In this document: piece by piece, positions 12,714 to 24,989 of the stretch
How the letters are laid out: every line of letters starts with the position of its first letter
How positions within the stretch are numbered: position 1 is the stretch's first letter
Source: Sphyrna mokarran
Lineage: Eukaryota
Length of the DNA stretch: 64,000 bases
Assembly (NCBI GenBank): GCA_024679065.1
Contig: JAGIQG010000016.1
Coordinates: 51,956,001 to 52,020,000, forward strand
Direction: 5' to 3'
Position numbers and translations under genes: made by a program
The notes under the pieces: model-generated
Database searches by the model: none
Told to the model about the DNA's origin: nothing
Seen by the model: the letters and a program-made list of their open reading frames with translations, nothing else

Positions 12714-13180
12714 GGGAGATGGTAGTAATGTCACTGGACTAGTAATGTAGAAGAAAGTGGGGACACGGGGTTCAAATCCCATCATGGCCATATCTGAATT
12801 CAATCAATAGATTTGCAACATAAAGCTATTCTTGATAACAGAGGCCATGAAGCCATCATCGTAATAAAAAAACACATCTGGTTCACTTTTGTCCTTCAGG
12901 GAAGGAAATCTGCCATATTTACCCAGTTAGTTCTACACACGGACCCACCGCAATGTGATTGACTGTTAACTGCCCGAGCAAGCGCCTCTGTCTCAAAGGC
13001 AACTGGGGATGGAAACAAATGCTGGCTTTCAGTGACAACACAAAGAAATCCCACGACACCAGCTTAAAGTCCAACAAGTTTATTTGTAGCAACCACCCCA
13101 ATCTTTTGGAACACATTGTTCCTTTGTCAGGTGGCTAGGAGTTCTGTTGTCAGTGATGTCCAAGTTCTATGAAGAAATAA
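12714..13180 (+). mobile_element. Family B SINE interrupted by a Penelope-derived insert (13036-13149)
   Basis: SINE tail split at a duplicated TCAGTGA (13029-13035 and 13150-13156). Confidence 0.75.
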
Positions 13181-14639
13181 AGAAAAAAACTTATCTTGGT
13201 TGGTTTCCTTTCCACATCTTACATTCAAAGGACCAGTATACTGGGACACCTGAATAGAGCTTCCACACATCTCTTGCCCTCCCCAACAAACAATATGAGA
13301 TAAATAATTTTATCCCCCGTTTATTGGATTTGGATTAGTTGACCTTGCAATAGAGTCAGGTTCTGTACATCTCTCCCATTGACTAAAATAATTAATCACT
13401 TGTAATAATTGGCAAATATTCAAGATAGGCTATTTTTTTATGGGATGTGCATATCTGAACACTTGCATTGTTATATCCAAATAATGATGTTGTACGTATA
13501 CAAACAGTTCATTTATTTGCAACCTTGAATAGTGTGGGAGAGGTTGCAAGTTCTTGTGGTCAGTCAACGGCGTAAATTTATGTGCTAGATTTCAGCTTCA
13601 CTGTTTTCTATACTCAGTTTAAACCACAGCAGCTGATACTGGGCAAGCAGCAAGAGGAAATAGGTTTTAGAAAAAAATTCTAACAAAATATTTTCAGAAC
13701 AAGTGTTTCTCTCCTGCTTTATTATTGTTGCAAAAAAAAAATGCATTTTACGTCAGCATCTTCATTTTTGAGTTAGTTAAAGATTCTGACCTAATTTAAA
13801 ACGTGCAATTTATTGGTCACACCTCATGCTGGTGTTTTGGACATGTTTAGGTGTATTGCTTGAAGTGAAAGGAAGGGCATTTTAGTATTTTTCAAGGAAA
13901 TTTGAAAAAGTTAATGAGAGTGCAGTCAATTAATCATGTAGCAGATATACACACAATGTCTTTCTTGTAACTGTTCAATCGACCATTGAGGACCATTATA
14001 TAATATTAAATGAAAAATTAGCTGGCTCTTATTAAGACAAATTAGATGAGATCATTATGAGCTTATTGTCAAATTTAAATAAGTTGCATGTAAAAGCTGC
14101 AGATCCTTGTGAATCATTAACTAATTCTTTATATAGGAGCGCTCAGAATTAGGAAGTGGAATTATTTCATTGAATTCAGAGAACTTAAACAAATTAATTA
14201 AATCTGTAACAAAATTATATTGTGAAAAAAGTGAAGTAGCTTTGACAGCCAGATTTTAATCATGTTTAAATTTTAAGATTGTCTCTCATTTGAACTTGTT
14301 TGTCCCAGTTGAGATGTTTAGGAAGAGTATAACTTGTGAACAAAAATTTGAATTAAATCGCACTATGGACAGGAATGTTCCACCAGTTTTACACAAATTC
14401 TCAAGTTTCTGTTTCAATATAGGTTAACATTTTATTCAAAGTAAGTGGACAGAAATTTCACAGATGTATTAACTATTAGTACAGTGAAGACCCAAATAAC
14501 ATTCTAGAACAAAATTCAAAGAAAACGTATTTAATAATCTATAGTTAATCAGCAACTGCAACTTCCCATTTTCTTCTTCCTTCCTTAACTTGCCTTCCGC
14601 ATCTCAGAATATTCAAGTCCTGTTTACCAATTGCTTTTG

Positions 14640-14945
14640 CATTTACTGATGTATATATGAGGTGTTGCCAGATCAGAAGCCAATTTTAAAATTCTCATCC
14701 TTCTTTTCAAATCCCCTCGGGCATGGACATTTTCCTCCCAATCTCTGTCACCTCATCCTGTCTTACAATTCTCCAATATCAATGCTACTTCAATTCTGAT
14801 CCCTAGGACCTCCCCTACTTTAATGACTTAACCATTGATGATATCCTTTTAGCTGTCTGAGCCCTAATCTTTGGAATTCCCTTTCAAAATCATGCTTGCT
14901 ATCTATTTCTTCTGCTATATGATGCTGCTTAAGATCATCTTGCAA
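14640..14945 (+). mobile_element. Decayed L2-like 3' end
   Basis: ttttaaaattctcatccttcttttcaaatcccc...ttagctgtctgagccctaatctttggaattccct. Confidence 0.55.
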
Positions 14946-15369
14946 CTAAACTGAATTGTCATGCGCTTTTTTATAAAACGTGGAATCTTTTTAAGAAAAG
15001 ATTCTTAAAATCTTTTTTGATCAGGCGATATACTAGTTACCCCCTCCTCCTGTCCAGTTGGCCCTCTGTCCTCAAGCTTCCCAATGGGGGCCATGGGAAT
15101 ATTTTTAGTCAAACAGCTAGAAACCAACCAATGACATGGAAACTACTTCCTTCTCCCAACTTAAATGAAACCTGAGTGAAAGTTCAAGGCCAAACTAGAT
15201 TTTTCTCCAGCTGGATAATTCTTAAGTGCTGGAATAGAGCACTTAGAAATAGCTTTCCCCAGTTTTGAAGTGGCGCTAGAAGGAGGTAGGTATTATGAAT
15301 GTCATTTGTTTTCTCAATCTGTTGGTTAGTATTGGTAACAAAGCAACATACTACAGGATGTGTCCCTCC

Positions 15370-15832
15370 TTGTGCAACAGCCTTTCACTTATACCTCCCT
15401 CAATTTGGTCTTGCTACTCCCAATGTGGTCTCCTCTACATTGGGGCAGCCAAATATAGACTGGATAACCACCTTGTGGAACATCTTTGCTCAGTCCGAAA
15501 GCATGACCCTAACCTTCCTGTTGCCATTTCAACTCAAATATTTTGCTCTCATGTCTGTTTTACTGCTCTAACGTTCCAGTGAAGCCCATTCAAACAAGAA
15601 AACGGAGCCTTCTCTTTCGATTAGACACTGTAGCAATCTGGACTTTAGCAACTTCAGATCTTGAACTATCTCATCCATTTCAACCCCTTCTGTGTAATCC
15701 AGGGTCACCTGCAACTTAAATTTTGTATTCACTCAGTGTTGACCTTGTTCTTTTAACACAGTCTGCTCTCTTACCTTTGTACCAATATCAGCACCTCCTT
15801 TAGTCTGCAACACTATCATTAATGTTTCCTTT
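15370..15832 (+). mobile_element. Penelope-like element remnant, GIY-YIG endonuclease region (appears to resume at 17987-18425)
   Basis: Translation CYSQCGLLYIGAAKYRLDNHLVEHLCSVRKHDPNLPVA matches the PLE GIY-YIG pattern CxxCxxxYIGxTxxxLxxRxxEH. Confidence 0.8.
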
Positions 15833-17983
15833 ATAGAACATAGAACAATACAGCACAGAACAGGCCCTTCGGCCTTCGATGTTGTGCCAACCAAAATAAA
15901 AAGCAATGCCCCTCCAAACTAAACCATTCCCTTCTCTTCCATATACTTATCAACTAACCTCTTAAACGCACCAAACTTGGCGCATCTACAACAGCTGCAG
16001 GCAGGGCATTCCACTCCCTAATCACTCTTTGAGTAAAGAACCTACCTCTGATATCCGTCCTATAACTCATAACCCTTAATTTAAAGCTGTGTCCCCTCGT
16101 GCTAGCTTTCTCCATCCTAGGAAAAAGGCTATCACTGTCCACCCTATCTAAACCTCTAATCATCTTATATGCTTCAATAAGATCCCCTCTTAGCCGCCTC
16201 CTTTCTAACGAAAACAACCTCAAATCCTTCAACCTCTCTTCATAGGACCTGCCCTCCATACCAGGCAACATCCTAGTAAACCTCCTCTGTACCCTCTCCA
16301 ATGCCTCCACATCTTACTTATAATGTGGCGACCAGAACTGCACACAATACTCCAAGTGCGGCCGCACTAGAGTTTTGTACAGCTGCAACATGATGCTGCG
16401 GCTCCTAAATTCAATCCCCCTACCAATAAAAGCTAAGACTCCATATGCCTTCTTAACAACTTTATCCACTTGACTGCCTACTTTCAGGGATCTATTGACA
16501 CATACACCAAGATCTTTCTGTTCCTCAACACTATTAAGAGCCCTACCATTAGCCCTATACTCTACACATTTATTGTTCCTGCCAAAGTGCATTACCTCAC
16601 ACTTTTCCACATTAAACTCCATTTGCCACCTCTCGGCCCAGCTCTGCAACTTGTCCAAGTCACTCTGTAACTAAAACACCCCTCTTCACTATCTACCACA
16701 CCACCAACTTTAGTATCATCTGCAAATTTACTGATCCATCCCTCAATACCCTCATCCAGATCATTTATAAAAATTACAAACAGCAGGGCCCCAAAACAGA
16801 CCCCTGAGGCACACCACTCGTCACCGAACTCCACGATGAATATCTCCCATCAACCATCACCCTCTGTCTTCTATCTGCCAGCCAATTCCTAATCCAATTA
16901 GCTAAATCACCCTCTATTCCACACATCTGCATTTTCTGTAGAAGTCTTCCATGGGCCACCTTATCAAAAGCCTTACTAAAGTCCATATATACTACATCAA
17001 CCGCCTTACCCCCATCCACCTCTCTGGTCACTTTCTCAAAAAACTCAATGAGGTTAGTAAGGCATGACCTACCCTTCACGAAACCATGCTGACTATCCCC
17101 AATCAATTCATTTCTCTCTAAATAACTATAAATCCTATCCCTAATAATTCTCTCCAATACCTTGCCACAACAGAAGTAAGACTCACTGGCCTATAATTCC
17201 CTGGAAGGTCTCTCTTCCCCTTCTTAAACAATGGGACCACATTCGCTATCCTCCAGTCCTCCGGAACCACACCCGTAACCAACGAGGACCTGAAGATCAG
17301 AGACAGAGGCTCTGCAATCTCCTCTCTTGCCTCCCAGAGAATCCTAGGGTAAATCCCGTCCGGCCCAGGGGACTTATCCAACTTCAAACCCTCGAGAATT
17401 TCTAACACATCCTCCCTATCTACTACAATACTTCCCAATTTGCAACCCTGTACCTCAGTGCTCTCCATAGCTACATTTCCAGCACTCTGCGTGAATACCG
17501 AAGAGAAATATTTATTCAGTGCCTCACCAATCTCTTCAGGCTCCACGCACAACTTCCCACTGCTGTCTATGACTGGCCCTAATCTTGCCCTAACCAATCT
17601 TCTATTCTTAACATATCGAAAGAAAGCTTTAGGATTCTCCTTAATCCTATCAGCCAACATCTTCTTGTGTCCCCTCTTAGCTCTCCTCAATTCACTTTTT
17701 ACCTCCTTCCTGGCTAATCTATAGCTATCCATTGCACTATCTGAGCCTTCAAGCCTCATCCTAACATAAGCCTCCCTTTTCTTCTTAACCAGCAAATCAA
17801 CTTTTTTCATACACCAAGGCTCTCTTACTCGTCCATTTCCTCCCTGCCTGACAGGGACATACTTATCGAGGACTCGCAGCAGCTGCTCCTTGAATAAGCA
17901 CCACATTCCAGATGTTCCCAGTCCCTGTAGTTCCCTAGTCCAATCTATGCACCCTAATTCTCTCCTGATGGCCTCATAATTAC
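15833..17983 (-). mobile_element. Young CR1 LINE, 2.15 kb 5'-truncated, RT domain
   Basis: Overlapping ORFs 17906-15954 with PGPDG, YRPVSLTS, QHGF, DFSKAFD, GVPQGSVLGP and FADD; (TTCTATG)n tail at 15833. Confidence 0.97.
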
Positions 17984-18055
17984 ATAATTTGTCTGGTGTT
18001 CTATAACATCTTTATGAAATTTCTCCTGAGCTCCCACCTGTCCCCTACCTTACAA

Positions 18056-18344
18056 CCATAGAGTCCCTACAATGCAAAAGGAGGCCATTTGGCCCATTAA
18101 ATCTGAGCTGACTCTTTGAAACAGTGTCTTACTCAAGCCTCCCGCTCTATCACCGTTCCCTTGTGCATTTATGATGGGTAATCCTTCTAACTGCCATATT
18201 TTTAGACTGTGGGAGGAAATTGGAGCATCTGGAGGATGCTGGGAGCATATGCAAACTCACACAGGCAGAAACTCAAGGCCAGAATCAAGACGGGGTCTCT
18301 GGTGCTGTGAGGCAGCAATGTTAACCACTATGCCACCATACTGC
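18056..18344 (-). mobile_element. HE1-type V-SINE nested in the Penelope remnant
   Basis: ttagactgtgggaggaaattggagca...gctgtgaggcagcaatgttaaccactatgccacc. Confidence 0.8.
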
Positions 18345-18609
18345 TGTCTTTTCTGATCCACCTTATTTATCCCCTGATAATCAAATAAAACTCATTAATT
18401 TCTCCTTCTCTTTAGCTCAGAAGACTACTATTGATAACTATCTATAAGTCAACAGCATAACATATCTCATGGTTTTAATCCAAGATGTTGATGGTAGGGA
18501 TCATGTGGATTGATAACATTGCTGTAAATACAAAACCAGCCAAGAAACATCTGTGCATTGATTTGTATTATGTGTCAGCCTAGTAAAAGGCTTAATGGTG
18601 CATGGATGA

Positions 18610-18828
<219 letters not shown>

Positions 18829-18929
18829 TAAAAGAACAACAATTGTTTAGACAATTCAGTGACAAGTTATGTTGTGTATATTTGCTCTGGGGTTTTTTGA
18901 CTTGAGCTTGTTAAAAGATTTAAAACCAT

Positions 18930-19122
18930 AAGAGAAAATGTTGGAAAATCTCAGCAGTTCTGGCAACATCTATTAGGAGAGAAAAGAGCTGATGTTTCGT
19001 ATCCAGATGACCCTTTGTTAACTCTTTTCTCTCCTTTTCAGATGTTGCCAGAACTGCTAAGATTTTCCAACATTTTCTCTTTTGATTTCAGGTTCCAGTG
19101 TCCGCAGTAATTTCCTTTTATT
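18930..19122. mobile_element. Penelope-derived fold-back element (about 60-bp inverted arms)
   Basis: agagaaaatgttggaaaatctcagcagttctggcaacatct at 18931 inverted at 19040-19080; hammerhead-like centre. Confidence 0.75.
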
Positions 19123-19309
19123 AAAAGGTTCAAAACATTGTTTGGAACCGAGACTCTAAAATTTGCCTGTGAGGTATTGGCAAAAGTAATCCTTCTGTAG
19201 CCAACAGAGTCAACAATTCTCTTATCAGTGCACATAGTTGCAGAAAGATACTGTTATAAGGTGCTTTTGAACACAATACCAAGGATACCCTGGAACTAAT
19301 CATCCCAAT

Positions 19310-19570
19310 GGGTGGTACAGTGGTTAGCACTGTTACCTCACAGCACTAAGAACCTAAGTGCTCTTGGGTGACTGTGTGGTGTTTGCACATTCTCCCTGTG
19401 TCTGTGTGGGTTTCCTCTGGGTGCTGCAGTTTCTTCCCATTGTCCAAGGATGTGTGGGTTAGGTTGATTTGCCATGCTAAATTGAGCCGTAGTATCAGGG
19501 GGATTACCCTAGTAAATACGTGGGTTTACGAGGATAGGGCCTGCCTGGGTGGGTTTGTGGTGCAGACACG
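19310..19570 (+). mobile_element. HE1-type V-SINE
   Basis: ggtacagtggttagcactgttacctcacagc head and V-domain. Confidence 0.85.
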
Positions 19571-21267
19571 TTGAAAAATTGAACACTGCTACTTCACAAT
19601 TCTGCTGATATTTGGAATCATAGAATCCTTCCGCACTGTAGATAGGTTGATTTCCTCTTATCAATGATTTCAGTTAATAACCTAGTTTTTCTGAACTTTT
19701 TTTTCCATTGAGAGAGTAACTCTCTTGCTCTGTTATCGTTATCGGTAGTGTTGCTCTTATTAATTGCAATTCTGCCAAATAAACTCTTTAAAGTAAAACC
19801 ATTCACTTGTACTTTCAATCCTTTGTTATTCAACCCAAGTCCATTTCCAGACTTTTACAGAAATCCATTTATAAGGATATACCTGAATAGCATTCTTTTT
19901 GAACAATCAAAATATAGAAATTGCCACGCACGGTGACATGGTTTCCTGTGTGCAATCTGCGCTTTAGCCTGTGCAGCCTATTCATTGTTTTGCAGAAGAA
20001 TGTGCATCCAAGTAGATGGCATGTGTCCATTGGAACAGTTTGATCCGATGCCATCCTGATATCTTCATGTGGCCTGACTGATGCCCCACCAGGATTAGAA
20101 ACATAATTTGCAAACCCAAGCCCACAAAATCATACACGTTCAACAAACTCATACCTCAAAAGAATTCAATAAAAGGTGATTTTATTGAAACATGTAAGAT
20201 TCTATGGGGGCTCTGAGCAGTAGATGCTGGGAGGATGTTTCCCATTGTGGGGAACTAGGGAACACAGTTTCAAAATAAGACATTTCCCACTTGCAACAGA
20301 GATGAGGAGGAACTACTTGTCTTGAGGGTTGTTAATCTTTGGAAAGTATGTTCAAAAATGGCCTTGTGGCAGCAAAGGGCACCTTTAACATGGAAAACAT
20401 TTTGTGGAAGGGAAAAAAACCACGAGGAATCAAGGATTGAACAAAACTAGCCTTGATGGCATGTTAGAGGTGACTGAAAATATGACTTTAAGGAAACTTC
20501 TTGAGAGAGAGAGAGAAATGGGAAGACAAGGGATTTTAAATAGGAAGTTATAGAATGTAGGGTTGAAGACCATCTGGCAAAAAGTGATGTGTATGAGAAA
20601 AACACAAGACTCATGAATGCAGAAGAGAATTTTAAAGCAGGAAATGCTCACAAAGTTGACATGAGGAAAGCATTTGAATAGAAGAACTAAGATTTCAATT
20701 CACTCCGTTCTGACTGAGTAAGGACATCAGTGATGAATGGTCTTGAGCTAGCTGATGAAGAGTGAGGATTGAAGACCATTGTGAATATTAGAGTGATCTG
20801 TGATAAAGTGTGGATAAGGGTTTCATTGGCAATGGGGTGAGCTAGGGAAATTGGATGGAAGTTAGTTGCTTTTGTGTAAGGTTGCATGTGGAGTTTAAAG
20901 CTTGACTGTGGGTTATCAGGATGCGGAATATGGTCTGTAGCCATTAATGTACCACTGTGAGCTGATAAAAGGTCACAAATCTAAGCCCTTGTGTTTTGCA
21001 GCATTTTATTATATTGGGCTGGAATTTCAGTCCCGGGTAGGGAGCTTGAGTTGGGAAATTTTGCTTTATGAAATACTGTCGTTCTGGGGAGATGGGGGAT
21101 GGATAGTTAAACCCATCACTTCTCCCTCTTAAGCAGATCAGAGGCAATTGCAGGAGTGGCCAGGTGCCAGATGAGCTGGTTTAAAAGCTCACCTTGATTC
21201 TGAGACTTTGTTCTCATTGTTTGGTTACAATCTAGACTAACTTTGCCTGCCAACAAATGCACAAATA

Positions 21268-21563
21268 CAGTGCACAGTAATTAGCACTGGTGCCTCAAAG
21301 TGCCAGGGACCTGGGTTCAATTTCTGGCTGGGGTCACTGTCTGTGTGGAGTTTGCACGTTCTTCCTGTGTCTGTGTTGGTTTCCTCTGGTTGCTCCAGTT
21401 TACACCTTCAATCCAAAAATGTGCAGGTTATACGGATTGACCATGCTAATTTGACCCTCAGTGTACCAGAACAGGAATGGAGTGTGGTAACTTGGGGATT
21501 TTCACAGTAACTTCATTGCAGAATGAATGTAAGCCTACTTGTGACGAATAAATAAACTTTACT
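21268..21563 (+). mobile_element. V-SINE with alternative tail (type B)
   Basis: HE1 head and V-domain, then ggggattttcacagtaacttcattgcag...tgtaagcctacttgtgac..aataaataaac. Confidence 0.85.
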
Positions 21564-21740
21564 ATCTTGTATCCCCTATCTCCAAAGGCTTCTCCATGCC
21601 AATCCAGGGCACTTTGTGCGCAATCACCCAGTATATGCCAAATAAAAAACGGATGAACCCTTTTGCAACAATGGTATGTGCGAAACTGCTTAGAAATAAA
21701 ACACATGCTTTTGAAAGAAAAGCTGGTTTTCGTACAACTC

Positions 21741-21938
21741 GAAGAAATCTCACAACAGTAGTTTAAAGTCCAACAGGTTTATTTGTAGCAAATGCCACAA
21801 GCTTTTGGAACCGGCTGTCCCTTCTTCCGAAGGCTTGTGGCATTTGCTATAAATGTTATAACTGTTGGACTTTAAGCTGCTGTTGTGAGACTTCTTTCTG
21901 TTTTTTTTACCCCAGTCCAACGCCGGCATCTCCACATC
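21741..21938 (-). mobile_element. Penelope-derived fold-back element
   Basis: Inverted arms tctcacaacagtagtttaaagtccaacagg...gtagcaaatgccacaagc and gcttgtggcatttgcta...tgttggactttaagctgctgttgtgaga; gatgtggagatgccggcgttggactgggg end. Confidence 0.75.
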
Positions 21939-22019
21939 GTTCCTACAACTCTACAAACGTATCAGTCAACACGCCATTAAAGCACAAATAACAGAAATTT
22001 TAAGCATTGATACAAAATA

Positions 22020-23130
22020 TAAGAACATAAAAGCTAGGAGCAAAAGTAGGCTATCTGGCTTGAGAATTCTTAAGAATTCTTAAGAATGCTTAAGAATTCA
22101 ATAAGCATTCTTATTGAATGCTTTGCCATTCAATAAGATCATGGCTGATCTTTCTGTGGACTCAGCTCCACTTACCCATCCTTTCACTGTAACCCTTAAT
22201 TCCTTTACTGCTCAAAAATTTATCTATCCTTGTTTTAAAAACATTTAGTAAGGCAGCCTCAACTCTTCGCTGGGCAGGGAATTCCATAGATTTACAACCC
22301 TTTGTGTGAAGAAGTTCCTCCTCAACTCAGTCCTAAATCTGTTTCCCCTTACTTTGAGGCTATGCCCCCTAGTTCTAGTTTCAACCACCAGTAGAAACAA
22401 CTTCCCTGCTATCTTATCTATTCCCTTCATAATCTTATATCTTTCTATAAGATCTCTCCTCATTCTTCTGAATTCCAATGGGTATAGCCCCAGTCTAATC
22501 AGTCTCTCCTCATAGGCCACCCACTCAATTCCAGAATCGACCTAGTGAATCTCCTCTGCACCCCTTCCAGTGCCAGTATGTCTCTTCTCAAGTAAGAAGA
22601 CCAAAATTGTACTCCAGATGTGGCCTCATCAGCATCTTATACAGCTGCAACATAATCTCGCTGTTGTTAAATTTCATCCCTCGAGCAATGAAGGACAAAG
22701 TTCCATTTACCTTCTTAATTACCAGCTGTACCTGCAAACCAACTCCTTGAGATCCCTCCACAAGACACCCAGGCCCCTCTGCAACGAGCATGTTGTAGTT
22801 TTTTGCCATTTAAATAATAATCCATTTTGCTGTTACTCCTACCAAAATGAATGACCTCACATTTACCAACATTGTATTCCATCTGCCAGACCCTTGCCCA
22901 CTCACTTAGATAATGTATATTCTTTTGCAGACTTTCAGCGTCCTTTGCTCTTCCACCGATCTTAGTGTCATCTGTGAATTTTGACACACTCAATCTCCAA
23001 CTCCAAATCGTCTATGTAAATTGTAAATGATTACATTGCCAATACTGATCCCTGAGGCATACCTCTAGTCACTGCCAACTAGAAAAACATCCATTTATTT
23101 CCCCACTCTTTGCTCTGTGTCAGTTAACCC
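22020..23130 (-). mobile_element. CR1-type LINE 3' fragment
   Basis: ORFs 22245-22993: SKFTDDTKIGG, WQMEYNVGKCEVIHFG, MLQLYKMLMRPHLEY, YEERLIRLGLY. Confidence 0.9.
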
Positions 23131-23173
23131 CCCGCTCTTTGCTCTGTGTCAGTTAACCCCCCGCTCTTTGCTC
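23101..23173 (+). repeat. 29-bp tandem repeat, about 2.5 copies
   Basis: ctctttgctctgtgtcagttaaccccccg repeated at the 5' junction of the CR1. Confidence 0.9.
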
Positions 23174-24989
23174 GAAATAAACACTGGATCATTGAAAAAA
23201 AGTTTATAGGTTAAAAACCCCGGTTCTTATAAAGGTGAGTTTCTTTATACCCAGCAAATAACTGTTGATATTTGCTTGATTGACATTTTTTAACGAGAGC
23301 AGTGCTAGGAATGGAGGCACAGTTTCGGAATCTGCTCCTTCCCGCTATTTTTAAATGGTCCCAAAGTCCTTCAGTCTCTGAGAAAATCCAGCCTATTGTG
23401 TCTTGTTTCCAGCTCATGAAGCCACAGCTGGTATAAACTGGGCAAGCTTAAATAGACATCTGATACATTTACAGGCCAAACCTAGGATCTGTTTTGAATA
23501 ATAAATGCATTCAGTTGTATAAGATACTTGAAGCTAAGTGACTTTACAAGAAAAGGAGTTTCTTGCATTTGATAAGAACTGAACAAGTGCTGCAACAGCT
23601 TTTTGCAGCCAAAGAAATGAGATGTCTACTTGGGACTATTTTTAATCCACACACGAGTTTTTTTCTAAGTTTTAGATGAAAGGCTTAAATTGGAGATAGC
23701 CGAAGCAGTCATGAAGCCCCGTACAAAAAAAATGAGCAGAAAAGGAAATTTGCCTTTACTTTTCTGTTATCTGCTGAGGTTTCCTGAAGCTAGTCGAGCA
23801 TTTGCAAATTTCTTGAGCCAAGCCAATTCTGTGCTCTGCTGCTTGTCAGTATGCAACTGCATCCTTCAGATAATGTTTGTTTGCATGTCATATTGTTATT
23901 CATTGCTTTTGAACATTAAGCCTGGTTTCAGCTGCCCAAGTTGGTTACCAGACGACTGAAGTATTTACACCAGTCAGGTCACTTCTGTTTTAGTTGAGCA
24001 AGTTGTTTGGTAACGTATGCAACACACAGTTAACAGCCTGGTAACGCTCCATAAAATCAATCCAAAGATGGTGACTTTTGTCATCTGACAGTGAAATGCA
24101 ACATTTTGCTTTCATCGGAAAAGTTTTTGAGATATTATTTGTTTTTTTGACCAGCACTAAATTACTCAATGATAAATATTCAAAATGACATTTTTTTTGA
24201 AAAAAAATTAAATTCTATTGGATGTGTACAGCACTGCCAGACACAAGTGTTCTGCAGAATCGGGTCAAATTTTAGCCAAAACAATGGGCATCCCAAAGCT
24301 TAACCTGAAACCTTGGAAGCAACCTGCCATTACCATTTGTATCCACCCCTCACCATCACATTTTTGGCCAATCTGTTAACTAATTAGTTTCCGTCAGGCC
24401 TCTGGTACTTCCAAGAACGATTGGTCAATTGAAGGGCTAGCAGTTGTTCAGACAGTATTGCCATCGGGTGCCTGGTTGAGGGGGAGGTGAAACATGGAGA
24501 GTTGAGGGCACAAAGTGTAGGATGGGAGAGGGAGGGGACAGTGGTTTTCATTGCCCTCTGGTGAGGAAGGGAAGAACTTGCAAGTAGAATTCTCAGTCAC
24601 AGAGGTTGCTGAGTCAGGCATGTTGTTAAATGTAAAGGCGTTCGCCAGCTGGGTCTACAAAGATGGGTCCCCAGTATATAGCTGTCAGGTTTTCCCAATG
24701 CTCAAGAAAACTGGCAATCCATAGTTCAAGTTTAAAAACTTGAATAATGATAAAGTTCACAGCCTCATTACAACTTTTAACATGTCGACCCATGGGGTAG
24801 GATAGCTTCCTGCCACCTTCCTGTTCTGTTCAAGCTGGAAATATGTGGCTTGCTGGTGAGTTTGTCTTGCACGAGTCCAATTTTTAAGTCTTTAACCCCC
24901 TCTGTCCCCACCTGCTAGACATGATTTTCATTTTAGTTTATAACTTTTTCCTGCCACCCCCGTGGCTCCAGTCTTCCCAATGTTTAGTT

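Noticed and set aside
23101-23173. 29-bp direct repeats as a CRISPR-like array
   Set aside because: No spacers, eukaryotic context; a simple tandem duplication at a LINE junction
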